The notes under the pieces: generated by a model
What the model was told of the DNA's origin: nothing
What the model saw: the letters and a program-made list of their open reading frames with translations, nothing else
Database searches by the model: none
Made by a program: the position numbers and the translations under genes
Shown here: piece by piece, positions 11,289 through 21,890 of the stretch
How the letters are laid out: every line of letters starts with the position of its first letter
How positions within the stretch are numbered: the stretch's first letter is position 1
Virus record (IMG/VR): IMGVR_UViG_3300032287_003559
Coordinates: 64,001 to 128,000 of that record
Direction: 5' to 3' (one strand)
DNA: 64,000 nucleotides
From: a virus

Positions 11289-12563
11289 ATGAAAAGTTTC
11301 CTTAATTTTCTAACTGAAGCAAAAGAATCGCAGGCAGCAATGCAAGCGAAAAAACTTGGATATACTGGAGACGGTCATGGCGGATGGTTAGATCGTTCCG
11401 GTAAACTTGTTGCAAGAACAGATAAAGGAAAACTTAAGTATATTGATGGACGCCAACCAAAAGGCGCAGAACAACCCGCAGGACAAGCACCTACAGGAGC
11501 AGCAGCATCCTCTCCCCAACCAACTGCAGCAGCACAAGCACCTGCACCACAACCTCAAGCAGCGCCAGGACAAGCACCAGAAGAGCAACCTGCAGAAGAA
11601 CTCCCACCACTTACTGTTGTCTTTGGTCGATTCAATCCACCAACAGTAGGACACGAAAAACTTCTCAAGTCCGCAAAGAGAATTTCTGCTGGTGGAGATA
11701 TTAAGATATATCCTTCAAGAACTCAAGATCCAAAGAAGAATCCTTTAGATCCAAATTCTAAAGTTTCATACATGAAAAAAATGTTCCCTGAGTTTGAGGA
11801 GAACATTATTAATGATGATGATATGAAAACAATTTTCGATGTTCTTGTAAATGCTAATGAAGATGGATATACAAATGTAAATATTGTAGTTGGTTCAGAT
11901 CGTCAAGCAGAATTCGAAAACCTAGCACAAAAGTATAATGGAGATCTTTATACCTTTGACCAGATCCGCGTAATCTCTGCTGGAGTAAGAGATGCTGATG
12001 CTGAAGGTGTTGAAGGAATGTCAGCATCTAAGATGAGACAGGCAGTGATGGATGATGACTTTAAATCATTCCGCAGAGGAACTCCAAAAACACTTGATGA
12101 TGGAGAAACTCAAGCACTTTTCAATGCTGTTCGTCAAGGAATGAATGTTAAGAAATCAAAAGTCAAGAAAGAATCATACTCTTTATGGGAGATTGCTCCA
12201 AAGTATGATATGAGAAATCTTCGTGAGAATTATGTAAGAGGAAAAATATTTAATATTGGTGATAAGGTCGAGAACTTAAATACTGGATTGGTTGGTGAAG
12301 TAATGCGTAGAGGAACTAATCATTTAATTTGTGTAACTGAAGAGGGTTATATGTTTAAGTCTTGGATTAAAGATGTGATGGAAGCATACCAAGAAAAAAA
12401 AGTCGATTCTATTCAAAGAGTTTCTGGAAAACCTAATACTTTGGTTGGAACTGAAGGATTCAGAAAACTTGCGATGAAGATGGCTTCCACAAAAAGGATT
12501 ACTAATTTTAATGTTGAGCAATTCATAAATAAGTATAAGGCAAAGAAAGTAAGTACTTATTAA
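11289..12563 (+). CDS. Cytidylyltransferase-like protein
   Basis: FGRFNPPTVGHEKL, VVGSDR, MSASKMR. Confidence 0.85.
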   Translation: MKSFLNFLTEAKESQAAMQAKKLGYTGDGHGGWLDRSGKLVARTDKGKLKYIDGRQPKGAEQPAGQAPTGAAASSPQPTAAAQAPAPQPQAAPGQAPEEQPAEELPPLTVVFGRFNPPTVGHEKLLKSAKRISAGGDIKIYPSRTQDPKKNPLDPNSKVSYMKKMFPEFEENIINDDDMKTIFDVLVNANEDGYTNVNIVVGSDRQAEFENLAQKYNGDLYTFDQIRVISAGVRDADAEGVEGMSASKMRQAVMDDDFKSFRRGTPKTLDDGETQALFNAVRQGMNVKKSKVKKESYSLWEIAPKYDMRNLRENYVRGKIFNIGDKVENLNTGLVGEVMRRGTNHLICVTEEGYMFKSWIKDVMEAYQEKKVDSIQRVSGKPNTLVGTEGFRKLAMKMASTKRITNFNVEQFINKYKAKKVSTY

Positions 12564-12564
12564 G

Positions 12565-14070
12565 ATGTCAATCAATCCACTGAACGATATATCAAAAATT
12601 TATTTGGAAAGTGTTTCTAAGTCTTCTTATCTTGAAACTGATATGAAGAAGAGACAATCTGAAAACGAGAAAGCTATTGCTGATATGAAAAAAACAGCCG
12701 CATACAAAAGTATGGCGGCTGCTGCGGCAAAGAAATTTGATGAAGGATTGGATCCTGTAGGAAAGGAAGATTCTGATGTTGATAATGATGGTAAGAAAAA
12801 TACAAAATCAGACAAATATCTTTTAAATCGCAGAAAGCAAATCAATAAAGCAATTGAAACGCAAGAAGAAGCAAAAAGATGGTGGGATGATGATGGTGAT
12901 GGAAAGGGGTGGGAAAAGGGAGAAGTTTCTGGTAAGTTTAAGAAAAATAAAAAAGTGACTAAAGAAGGATTTTCAAATTGGAGACAAGATCTTTCTGAAG
13001 TAATGACTGATACTGAATTTGGTAAAAAAATAAAAGAGAAAAAAATTAAAAATAAAATTAAAATTAACCCTTCAATATCAGAAACAGTTGAAAATCTTGG
13101 TGGTACTCTGATAGAAATGGTTGAAATTGATGAAGTAGAATTTGTTGTTGAAAGTGTTTATGATGAACTTTTGGAGGAGGGATATGATGAGGATGATATT
13201 GAAGAAGCAATTGAGTATGCTTTAACCGAAGCGACAGTTACTTATGGACATGATACTGATAAACCTCATCAAAAGAAAAGTGGTGCAGGTCATCTAGTTA
13301 AAGCAGTCGGTAGACTTGCAAGACAAAAACTTGCAAGTAAAGTTAGTGGTGCTAAAAAAGCAGCTGCTGGTGCAGTTGCAAAAGGAGCAAGAAAGGTTGC
13401 TAAAGGTGCATTAGGTGTTGCTCGCAAAATGGAAGGTGGCGATAAAAAACCAAGCACAGCACATACTAAGACAAGAACTGCATCAACCTATCGTGGTGCT
13501 GGTGTGGGGCAAAAAGAAAAAGTAAGTAGTGGTTCTTATACTGGACCTGCTAAAAAGAAAGCAGAACCAGTTGCTGATCCTTGGGAAGGAAGTGCAGTAA
13601 CTCCAACAAAGGCAAAGGCAAAAACTAAAAAAGCAGCAGCACCAAAAGCAAAGGCACCTGCAGCAGCTGCTCCAAAGAGAAAGAGAAAGTCTAAGTTAGA
13701 TTCTCTGCTTGCTGATATTAGAAGTGAGCAAGTTCATATTGATGAAAAAACTTTGACTGCCGCAGAAACAAAGGAAAAGGAAAGAATTGTAAAGTCAATG
13801 AAGGATAAAGCGGCAGATTTTGAAAAAAGATATCCTGGTCGCGGAAAAGAAGTTATGTATGCTACTGCCACTAAAATGGCAAAGAAAATGGCAGAACAGG
13901 CAATGGAACTGCAACCAAAAACGCAACAAACCGGCAGTCCACAGCAGGATGCAAAAACAAGATCTGCTGCACAAAAAGCCAAGCAAACTGCAATAAGTAT
14001 TAAACAAAAAGAACTTCAAGCACTTAGATCAACCCCAGCAGGAACTCCTGTTTCTGGATTTGGTGGTTGA
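12565..14070 (+). CDS. Late K/A-rich protein, probably virion-associated
   Basis: GLDPVGKEDSDVDNDG, WWDDDGDG; low complexity. Confidence 0.55.
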   Translation: MSINPLNDISKIYLESVSKSSYLETDMKKRQSENEKAIADMKKTAAYKSMAAAAAKKFDEGLDPVGKEDSDVDNDGKKNTKSDKYLLNRRKQINKAIETQEEAKRWWDDDGDGKGWEKGEVSGKFKKNKKVTKEGFSNWRQDLSEVMTDTEFGKKIKEKKIKNKIKINPSISETVENLGGTLIEMVEIDEVEFVVESVYDELLEEGYDEDDIEEAIEYALTEATVTYGHDTDKPHQKKSGAGHLVKAVGRLARQKLASKVSGAKKAAAGAVAKGARKVAKGALGVARKMEGGDKKPSTAHTKTRTASTYRGAGVGQKEKVSSGSYTGPAKKKAEPVADPWEGSAVTPTKAKAKTKKAAAPKAKAPAAAAPKRKRKSKLDSLLADIRSEQVHIDEKTLTAAETKEKERIVKSMKDKAADFEKRYPGRGKEVMYATATKMAKKMAEQAMELQPKTQQTGSPQQDAKTRSAAQKAKQTAISIKQKELQALRSTPAGTPVSGFGG

Positions 14071-14112
14071 ATTAATAAATAGGTTAGGATAAATCTTAAC
14101 AAGGAGGTTATT

Positions 14113-14301
14113 ATGTTAACTAGCACGCTATTATTAACGATCGTTAAAGGAATTAGTGTAGCAAACGTTCAACTTATTCTTGGTATTCTTCTTGCTATTT
14201 CGGAAGTTCTTGGTGCTGATCCAAGAGTAAAATCAAATGGAATCGTTTCATTTATTCTACTTCAAGCACAAAATTTCTTAAAGGCAAAAAAAGGAGAGTG
14301 A
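14113..14301 (+). CDS. Small membrane protein
   Basis: SD AAGGAGG; hydrophobic segments. Confidence 0.65.
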   Translation: MLTSTLLLTIVKGISVANVQLILGILLAISEVLGADPRVKSNGIVSFILLQAQNFLKAKKGE

Positions 14302-14327
14302 ATTAAGACAAAATAAAATAATTATAA

Positions 14328-14363
14328 ACAGAGGCTGGTATCAGTCTCTGTTTTTTATAAATA
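14328..14363 (+). terminator. Terminator plus late promoter
   Basis: CAGAGGCTG..CAGTCTCTG-T6; TATAAATA at 14356. Confidence 0.75.
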
Positions 14364-14397
14364 TTTCTACGAATTAAAATTAGTAAAGGTAAAAAGA

Positions 14398-15174
14398 ATG
14401 GCACTCTGGGGCATCTCAACAACCACTGAAACAGCAGCAAATAATTATGCGCTTCCAAAGCACATGTCTGAAAATGATAGAAATAATACTCCTTGGAATT
14501 GCTTTGCAGACGTTCGTGGGTGGATTTATAGAAGATATCATTCTAGCGAACAATCTGGTCTTTCAACCGATTACTATGATGAAGTAATTGTTCCAGTTGT
14601 TGGACTGAACACTGGAAATGATTCTCCAGGAAATGGTGCAAATAATACTGGTATTGGAAGTGCAACTCCTGTCGCAGTATTCTTCGAAGATCCAAATAGA
14701 TCTTCAAGAATTTCCGTAGGTGGAGGAGCAACTTCTGGATTCTCTACAACTGGAACTGCATATGTTCATGTTGTATGGAATGAAAATGTTTATTGTAGTG
14801 CTGGAGCAACTGTTTTACTTGGACAGTTTAACGCTGCTGGTGTTTCAATAGGTACAACTGTTGCGACTGCTGCTTCAGTAGCACCAAACTGTGCAGTTTC
14901 TGCATATGCTAATGATGCTGGTTATCTTCTTTATAATAATTTTAATGGACAAATTTCAAACCGAGTAGCATTTGCATTTACTGCATCTGGTGCTGGAATT
15001 GGTACAGTGTTTAGAATTGTTCTTACTCCTGGAGTTGTAGGTACAATTACAGATTTCTCTGGTGGTGGAACGGCAAATAAATCCTTCCCCGCTGATATTT
15101 TGAGAAATGTTGGTGGCGCAGGGACAACTGGATCTGTAGGCATTGGAACAACTACTCTAACAATTACTGCTTGA
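14398..15174 (+). CDS. Putative virion structural protein
   Basis: MALWG N-terminus, G/T/A-rich with GIGT motifs, late promoter. Confidence 0.65.
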   Translation: MALWGISTTTETAANNYALPKHMSENDRNNTPWNCFADVRGWIYRRYHSSEQSGLSTDYYDEVIVPVVGLNTGNDSPGNGANNTGIGSATPVAVFFEDPNRSSRISVGGGATSGFSTTGTAYVHVVWNENVYCSAGATVLLGQFNAAGVSIGTTVATAASVAPNCAVSAYANDAGYLLYNNFNGQISNRVAFAFTASGAGIGTVFRIVLTPGVVGTITDFSGGGTANKSFPADILRNVGGAGTTGSVGIGTTTLTITA

Positions 15175-15180
15175 TATTAA

Positions 15181-15573
15181 ATGATTTTTAATGAATTGAA
15201 TGAAGATAATTTTTTATTATTTGCTATTAAAAATTATGAAAATCCTCAGGCTGTAACCAGAGAAGATTTTGAAAAAGATCTTAATCATTTTAAATATATC
15301 AAAAGACTCTTAAAAAGATATAAGAATACTGGTGAGCTAAAAACTCACCTTCTTCTTAATCATTTTATTGTTCTTTATAATATCTTTGGTGAAGCAACAA
15401 CACCAATGCTATTTTTTAAAATTGAAAAAGATCTTTGGTCTTCAATGAAAAGTTTTATTATTTTTCTAGGTAGACTACCAGAATATCCAAAATCTACAAT
15501 TCATGATATTAAAGTTGATTTTAATTGTTTAGAAGAACTTTACAAAATCTACAATGGATCGCAAGAAAATTGA
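15181..15573 (+). CDS. Conserved T4-like hypothetical protein
   Basis: FAIKNYENP...FKYIKRLL...LLLNH. Confidence 0.8.
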   Translation: MIFNELNEDNFLLFAIKNYENPQAVTREDFEKDLNHFKYIKRLLKRYKNTGELKTHLLLNHFIVLYNIFGEATTPMLFFKIEKDLWSSMKSFIIFLGRLPEYPKSTIHDIKVDFNCLEELYKIYNGSQEN

Positions 15574-15757
15574 CTGGATTATTTCACTAATAAGAGAAGA
15601 AATGGTAACTTCTTCGCCAACAAATAATGTTGGTTCTGGAAAAATTGCAGGAACTCCTCAAGCAGATCCTGGAAATCCTCCAGTGTTTGGAAAGAGGAAG
15701 AAAAATATATATCTCGGAATTGGTTCTCGTAAAAAGTGGATGAAACCAAAAAACTAA
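15554..15757 (+). CDS. Hypothetical protein
   Basis: IREE...PTNNVGSGKIAG motif. Confidence 0.65.
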   Translation: MDRKKIDWIISLIREEMVTSSPTNNVGSGKIAGTPQADPGNPPVFGKRKKNIYLGIGSRKKWMKPKN

Positions 15758-15820
15758 ATAATTTTAATACTACTTGGGGTATTTGTTTCGTAGTAAAGAA
15801 ATAATATCTTTAATTAGAAA

Positions 15821-16252
15821 ATGTTCAATCAGAATACTACGGCAGATACCAAAATAGCTGTTTTAGAAGAAAGGCTTTCGTCATACGAACTTATGATGAA
15901 AAAAATAGACGAGGCCATTCAAATAATGGGTAAGACGAGTCAAAATATTAGCAAAATGCTTGCTGTTCATGAAGAAAGAATAGAACAGTGTGGTAAAGCT
16001 GATGATTTACTTACTAAAATGATCTATGAGATGAAAGAAGAAGGTGAAGAGCATTGTAGTAAAGTTTCTAATAGAATTGATAAGATAGAAGCTGATATAA
16101 AAGAAATTGTTAAATTTAGATGGATGGTTGCTGGTAGTGGAATTGTAGTCGCCATTATTATTACAACAGTTACAACCCTTGCTTCTGGATGGTGGGACCC
16201 AATGCAAAATGAAATGCATCACCAACCTAGTCAGCAACAAGTAACCAAATAA
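15821..16252 (+). CDS. Coiled-coil protein with C-terminal TM helix
   Basis: KMLAVHEERI; hydrophobic C-terminus. Confidence 0.7.
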   Translation: MFNQNTTADTKIAVLEERLSSYELMMKKIDEAIQIMGKTSQNISKMLAVHEERIEQCGKADDLLTKMIYEMKEEGEEHCSKVSNRIDKIEADIKEIVKFRWMVAGSGIVVAIIITTVTTLASGWWDPMQNEMHHQPSQQQVTK

Positions 16253-16422
16253 ATAATAGAGTGTTGGCATAAGATGCCAATGAAAACTAAAAACAAAACG
16301 ACTCTCTATTCGCTTCAAAAGATTACAAATTCGGTTGTGAAATGGACTGGATTCATGACTGCTTTGTATCTTGACAAGACGCGATAATCTGGTATAGTAG
16401 ATGAACCTGGTATAACTTCATT

Positions 16423-17391
16423 ATGGATTTCGTTGATGTAAAGTACATCAATTTGCTTTCTTCGCGTTTTCAGAAATTTAAGAAAGTAAAACATAATCTC
16501 TACAATTTTCGCTGTCCAATTTGCGGAGACTCGCAGAAGAATAAAAATAAAGCAAGGGGATATCTTTATCAAGTAAAAAACAATACTAACTTTAAATGCC
16601 ATAATTGTGGACTTAATATATCTTTCAATAATTTTTTAAAGCAACTTGATCCAACAATCTATAAACAATATTCTTTTGAAAAATTTAAGGAAGGTAATAC
16701 TGGTAAAAACTTTACAGTACAGGAACCAGTATTTAAATTCGAAGCACCAAAGTTTAAACCTAAGTTAGAATTGCCTAAAGCATCATCAAATCCTAACGCA
16801 AAATTATATCTTGAAAATAGAAAATTAAATCCGGATAAATTCTATTACGCAGATAAATTTAAATCTTGGACCAATTCTATAAAAGAGGTCTTCGATGATA
16901 TTTCTAAAGATGAACCTAGGATTATTATTCCTTTGTTCTATCAAAATATTCTTATTGGATTTCAGGGCAGAGCACTAGGACCCAGTAAGATTAAATACAT
17001 TACTGTAATGCTTAACGATGACGCACCAAAAATCTACGGTCTTGATGAAATACAAAAAAGTGAAACTGTATACATCACAGAAGGTCCATTTGATTCAACC
17101 TTCATTCCAAACTCAATTGCTCTTTGCGGAGCTGATGGTGATGTTAGTAGGTGGGGTATTAACAATCCTGTGTGGATATATGATAACGAACCACGTAATA
17201 CAGAAATCCTATCAAGAATTTCCCGTATTATCGAAACTGGACAAAAAGTTGTTATCTGGCCTTCAACAATAAAGGAAAAGGACATTAATGAAATGGTATT
17301 GTCTGGACTGGATGTTCAGTCTGTGATAGAATTAAATACTTATTCTGGATTAGAAGCAAAACTTAAATTTACTACCTGGAAGAAAATATGA
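16423..17391 (+). CDS. gp61: DNA primase
   Basis: RCPICGDS, KCHNC, TEGPFDS, YDNEPRN. Confidence 0.96.
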   Translation: MDFVDVKYINLLSSRFQKFKKVKHNLYNFRCPICGDSQKNKNKARGYLYQVKNNTNFKCHNCGLNISFNNFLKQLDPTIYKQYSFEKFKEGNTGKNFTVQEPVFKFEAPKFKPKLELPKASSNPNAKLYLENRKLNPDKFYYADKFKSWTNSIKEVFDDISKDEPRIIIPLFYQNILIGFQGRALGPSKIKYITVMLNDDAPKIYGLDEIQKSETVYITEGPFDSTFIPNSIALCGADGDVSRWGINNPVWIYDNEPRNTEILSRISRIIETGQKVVIWPSTIKEKDINEMVLSGLDVQSVIELNTYSGLEAKLKFTTWKKI

Positions 17392-19685
17392 GCAACGGTA
17401 CAAAGGTTAAAAAGCGTGATGGTCGAATTGAATCTCTTGACCTAGACAAAATGCACTTGATGGTTGAAGAGGCGTGCAAGGGTCTTGCAGGAGTCTCTGC
17501 TAGTCAAGTTGAGATGACTTCTGGTATTCAATTCTATAACGGGATTACGACAGCAGAAATTCAAGAAATTTTGATTCGTTCTGCTAGTGATTTGATTGAT
17601 CTAGATCATCCAAATTATCAGTATGTTGCTGCTCGTCTACTTCTTTTTGCTGTTCGTAAGCAACTTTATGGAAAAATGAAAGAACTTCCTACGCTTGAAC
17701 AGCACATTTATGTGTGTGTTAATAAAGAAGTTTATGATAATGATATCTTCAGCAAATACTCAAAAGAGGAAATTGATAAAGCTGATTCTTATATCGATCA
17801 TGACCGTGACTATCTGTTTACTTATGCAGGTCTACGTCAAGTAGTTGATAAGTATCTTGTGCAAGACAGAAGTGGCGGCGGCGTATATGAAACTCCCCAA
17901 TTCATGTATATGATGATTGCTCTGACTATTTTTGCAGAGTATCCAAAAGAAACTAGAATGTCATATGTAAAGAGGTATTATGACGCAATCTCAAAGCACA
18001 AAATCAACATTCCCACACCTATCATGGCGGGAGTGCGAACTCCACTTCGACAATTCGCTAGCTGTGTTCTTGTTGATGTTGATGACACCCTCGATTCTAT
18101 CTTTAGTAGCGATATGGCTATTGGCAGATATGTTGCACAAAGAGCGGGAATCGGTATCAACGCAGGTAGAATCCGTGGTATCAACAGTAAAATTAGAGGT
18201 GGAGAAGTTCAGCACACAGGTGTTGTCCCATTCCTCAAAAAGTTTGAAGCAACTGTCCGATGCTGCACTCAAAATGGCATACGTGGTGGATCAGCAACTG
18301 TCCACTTCCCAATCTGGCACCAAGAAATAGAAGACATTCTAGTTCTTAAGAATAACAAGGGAACCGAAGATAATCGTGTCCGTAAACTTGATTATTCCAT
18401 TCAAATTAGTAAGTTGTTTTATGAAAGGTTTATTAAAGATGAAGAGATTACTCTCTTCAGTCCCCACGACGTACCTGGACTTTATGATTCTTTCGGAACA
18501 GATCGTTTTGACAGTCTCTATGTTTCGTATGAAGAAGATTCGTCCATTCCGAAAAAAACTATCAAGGCACAGGAACTTATTCTTAACCTCCTTAAAGAGC
18601 GTGCGGAAACAGGTCGTATCTATATTATGAATATTGACCACTGCAATTCTCATTCATCTTTTAAGGACAAAGTTAATATGAGTAATCTCTGCCAAGAAAT
18701 TACTCTTCCGACTGATCCCATTCACCATATTGATGATGATATGGGTGAAATTGCTCTCTGCATTTTATCTGCAATTAATGTTGGTAAAGTAAAGTCTGAT
18801 GAAGAACTTGAAGAACTTTGCGACCTTTCTGTTCGTGGTCTGGATGAGTTGATCGATTATCAGAAATACCCCGTAAAAGCAGCTGAGATCGCCACTAAAG
18901 CACGTCGTTCTCTTGGTGTAGGGTTTATTGGGTTGGCTCACTATTTGGCGAAACTTGGTTTTAAATACGAATCTCAGGAAGCATGGGATGCAGTTCATGG
19001 ACTTTCAGAGTCTTTCCAGTATTACCTTCTGAAAGCATCTAATCAACTTGCTAAAGAAAAGGGATACTGCGAATATTTTGGACGTACTAAGTATGCTGAT
19101 GGTATTCTTCCTATCGATACTTATAAGCAAGATGTAGACGAAATTTCTTCTATTGAATACCAACATGACTGGGAATCTCTTAGAGCATCTATTCTCGAAT
19201 ATGGACTTCGACATTCAACGTTGTCCGCACAGATGCCATCGGAGAGCAGTTCCGTTGTGTCAAATGCAACAAATGGGATCGAACCACCACGCGGTTTCCT
19301 GTCCATTAAAAAATCCAAGAAAGGACCACTTAAGCAAATTGTTCCACAGTACCACACACTTAAGAACAATTATACGCTTCTTTGGGATATGTCTGGGAAC
19401 ACTGGGTATATTAATATTGTTGCAGTTATGCAAAAGTTCTTTGATCAAGCAATTTCTGGAAACTGGTCATATAACCCAGAGCATTATGAAAATAATGAAG
19501 TTCCTGTTTCAGTAATGGCAAATGATTTTCTGACTACATACAAGTACGGGTGGAAGACTTCCTATTATCAAAATACCTATGATATTAAAACCGATGAGGT
19601 GGTGGAAGAAAAACCCAATCTTCAAGATTTAATTAATGAGTTAAGTACAGTAGAGGAGGGAGAGTGTGAATCCTGTGCAGTTTAA
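17388..19685 (+). CDS. nrdA: Class Ia ribonucleotide reductase alpha
   Basis: ATP-cone VKKRDG, ASCVL, SNLCQEI, TSYY, CESC; no intein. Confidence 0.98.
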   Translation: MSNGTKVKKRDGRIESLDLDKMHLMVEEACKGLAGVSASQVEMTSGIQFYNGITTAEIQEILIRSASDLIDLDHPNYQYVAARLLLFAVRKQLYGKMKELPTLEQHIYVCVNKEVYDNDIFSKYSKEEIDKADSYIDHDRDYLFTYAGLRQVVDKYLVQDRSGGGVYETPQFMYMMIALTIFAEYPKETRMSYVKRYYDAISKHKINIPTPIMAGVRTPLRQFASCVLVDVDDTLDSIFSSDMAIGRYVAQRAGIGINAGRIRGINSKIRGGEVQHTGVVPFLKKFEATVRCCTQNGIRGGSATVHFPIWHQEIEDILVLKNNKGTEDNRVRKLDYSIQISKLFYERFIKDEEITLFSPHDVPGLYDSFGTDRFDSLYVSYEEDSSIPKKTIKAQELILNLLKERAETGRIYIMNIDHCNSHSSFKDKVNMSNLCQEITLPTDPIHHIDDDMGEIALCILSAINVGKVKSDEELEELCDLSVRGLDELIDYQKYPVKAAEIATKARRSLGVGFIGLAHYLAKLGFKYESQEAWDAVHGLSESFQYYLLKASNQLAKEKGYCEYFGRTKYADGILPIDTYKQDVDEISSIEYQHDWESLRASILEYGLRHSTLSAQMPSESSSVVSNATNGIEPPRGFLSIKKSKKGPLKQIVPQYHTLKNNYTLLWDMSGNTGYINIVAVMQKFFDQAISGNWSYNPEHYENNEVPVSVMANDFLTTYKYGWKTSYYQNTYDIKTDEVVEEKPNLQDLINELSTVEEGECESCAV

Positions 19686-20853
19686 AATTTCTTCAACAGA
19701 AGAATCTAGAAATATTAAAGGAATGACCGTTTTTAATACTGAAAAAGTTGATACCAAAAAGCAACCAATGTTTTTTGGTAAACCTCTTGGAGTTCAGAGA
19801 TATGATTCATACAAATATCCAATCTTTGACAAACTGACTACTCAACAACTTGGATACTTCTGGAGACCCGAAGAGGTTTCTCTCCAGAAGGATCGTGGTG
19901 ATTATCAAACACTGCGTCCTGAGCAGAAGCACATTTATACTTCAAATCTGAAGTATCAGATCATGCTTGATTCTGTTCAGGGTCGTGGTCCTGGTATGGC
20001 TTTTATTCCATACTGCTCACTTCCCGAACTTGAGGCATGTATGGAGGTATGGGGATTTATGGAGATGATCCATAGTCGTTCATATACCTACATCATTAAG
20101 AATATCTATTCAGACCCTTCTGAGGTGTTTGATACTATTATTGGCGATGAACGTATTCTGGAACGTGCTAAGAGCGTTACAGAGTCTTATGATGACTTCA
20201 TTCAATCGGCACAATTTTATGGAACTTCCGATCAATGGAAGCATCAACTTGAAGGAGTCACATACGCAAAGGAATCACTCAATGACGTTAAAAGAAAACT
20301 CTATAGAGCAGTCGCAAACGTTAATATTCTTGAAGGTATTCGCTTCTACGTTAGTTTTGCTTGCAGTTTCGCCTTTGGTGAACTTAAGCTTATGGAAGGA
20401 TCAGCTAAGATCATCTCTCTTATCGCAAGAGACGAAAACCAACACCTAGCACTTACTCAGAACATTCTGAATAAGTGGAGGGAAGGTGATGATCCTGAAA
20501 TGAAACAGATTGCTAAGGAAGAAGAAGAGTGGGTTTATAAGATGTTCGATCGTGCTGTAAACGAAGAAAAGAAATGGGCAGATTATCTGTTCAAAGATGG
20601 AAGCATGATTGGATTGAATGATAAACTCCTTCAGCAATATGTTGAGTGGATTGCAAATCGTAGACTGAAAGCAATCGGTCTCAAACCACAATATGACATT
20701 TCAGCAAACAATAATCCACTTCCTTGGACACAGCACTGGATTTCTTCCAAAGGTCTTCAGGTTGCTCCCCAGGAAACAGAGGTAGAATCTTATGTTGTAG
20801 GGGGAATTAAGCAAGATGTTACCAAAAATACTTTCGCAGGATTCCAATTATGA
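19666..20853 (+). CDS. nrdB: Ribonucleotide reductase beta
   Basis: FWRPEEV, EMIHSRSY, EGIRFYVSF, RDENQH. Confidence 0.97.
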   Translation: MNPVQFKISSTEESRNIKGMTVFNTEKVDTKKQPMFFGKPLGVQRYDSYKYPIFDKLTTQQLGYFWRPEEVSLQKDRGDYQTLRPEQKHIYTSNLKYQIMLDSVQGRGPGMAFIPYCSLPELEACMEVWGFMEMIHSRSYTYIIKNIYSDPSEVFDTIIGDERILERAKSVTESYDDFIQSAQFYGTSDQWKHQLEGVTYAKESLNDVKRKLYRAVANVNILEGIRFYVSFACSFAFGELKLMEGSAKIISLIARDENQHLALTQNILNKWREGDDPEMKQIAKEEEEWVYKMFDRAVNEEKKWADYLFKDGSMIGLNDKLLQQYVEWIANRRLKAIGLKPQYDISANNNPLPWTQHWISSKGLQVAPQETEVESYVVGGIKQDVTKNTFAGFQL

Positions 20854-21140
20854 TGAATGGTGCGAACAGGAAATCCTGAATGCATACAAAGAAGCAGCAG
20901 AATGTGATGAGTTTATGTTTGGAGATTATAACTATTGTGAAGAATGGTTAGGTAAAACTAGTAATGATGTTGCATAGATAGGGGAGGTTATCTCCTCTTT
21001 TTTTATGGTACACATTACAGACATTTACGAACTAAAAGCAAGACTTGATGGTCTTAAGCACCAACTTGAGAATGAAAATTTGCCTTGGCATGAGAAACAA
21101 CTAGCTCATAAATATCTGAACAAGGCAATGGATTATGTGA

Positions 21141-21578
21141 ATGAGTTGCAGTTATATTAATCCCTGGTATTATGGTAACAAGTCTTTTGAATCTGAAGAT
21201 ATAGAAGATTATTATGGGTTTGTTTATTTGATCGAGAATAAACTAAATGGTAGAAAATATATCGGAAGAAAATATTTTTGGCAGTTTAGAACTCCAAAAG
21301 GTAAAAAAAGAAAAGTAAAATCTGAATCTAATTGGAAGGATTACTATGGGTCTTGTCCGGAACTTAAAGAAGACATTGACAAATTTGGCAGAGAAAATTT
21401 TAGTAGAACTATCTTATCATTACATAAAACAAAGGGCAAAACAAACTTTGAGGAGACCAGACGACTCTTCAACCACAATGTTCTCACAGAATCCCTTGAC
21501 GGTGGAGTCCCAGCGTTCTACAATAGCAACATCCTCAACAGGTACTTCCGAAAAGATTATTATGGAAACAACGACTGA
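21141..21578 (+). CDS. GIY-YIG (Seg-like) endonuclease-domain protein
   Basis: GFVYLIEN...KYIGRK...YYGS. Confidence 0.75.
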   Translation: MSCSYINPWYYGNKSFESEDIEDYYGFVYLIENKLNGRKYIGRKYFWQFRTPKGKKRKVKSESNWKDYYGSCPELKEDIDKFGRENFSRTILSLHKTKGKTNFEETRRLFNHNVLTESLDGGVPAFYNSNILNRYFRKDYYGNND

Positions 21579-21735
21579 AGATATTGTTGCGCATGTGAGG
21601 AACTGGTCTCTTGACCGTGCTGCAGATATGACTATTCATAAAGAGGATGCTCGTGCAATTCTTGCAGAATTTTATGAATGGATTGAGCCTGAAGGTGATG
21701 AACTTGAAATTGTTTCTCTAGAACCGGAAGATTGA
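21562..21735 (+). CDS. Hypothetical protein (57 aa)
   Basis: ATG 21562; overlaps the upstream stop. Confidence 0.55.
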   Translation: METTTEDIVAHVRNWSLDRAADMTIHKEDARAILAEFYEWIEPEGDELEIVSLEPED

Positions 21736-21890
21736 CAAATTCTAAATAAAAACTTATTATGTAAAAATCCCTGTTATGAGCAGGGTTTTTTATTATGAGA
21801 CTTTGATAGTGATTTAGAGCCGTGGGGATTGCCCTCTGAGAGGGGGGAAGTGCGCTTTCCTTATACGGATGTAGAGTTCAATTAAACTTA

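Noticed and set aside
3021-20853. Inteins or introns in gp43, gp41, nrdA and nrdB
   Set aside because: Lengths and motifs are continuous and typical.
21810-21885. c-di-AMP (ydaO) or c-di-GMP riboswitch
   Set aside because: Consensus motifs not matched by eye; kept only as an unassigned leader.
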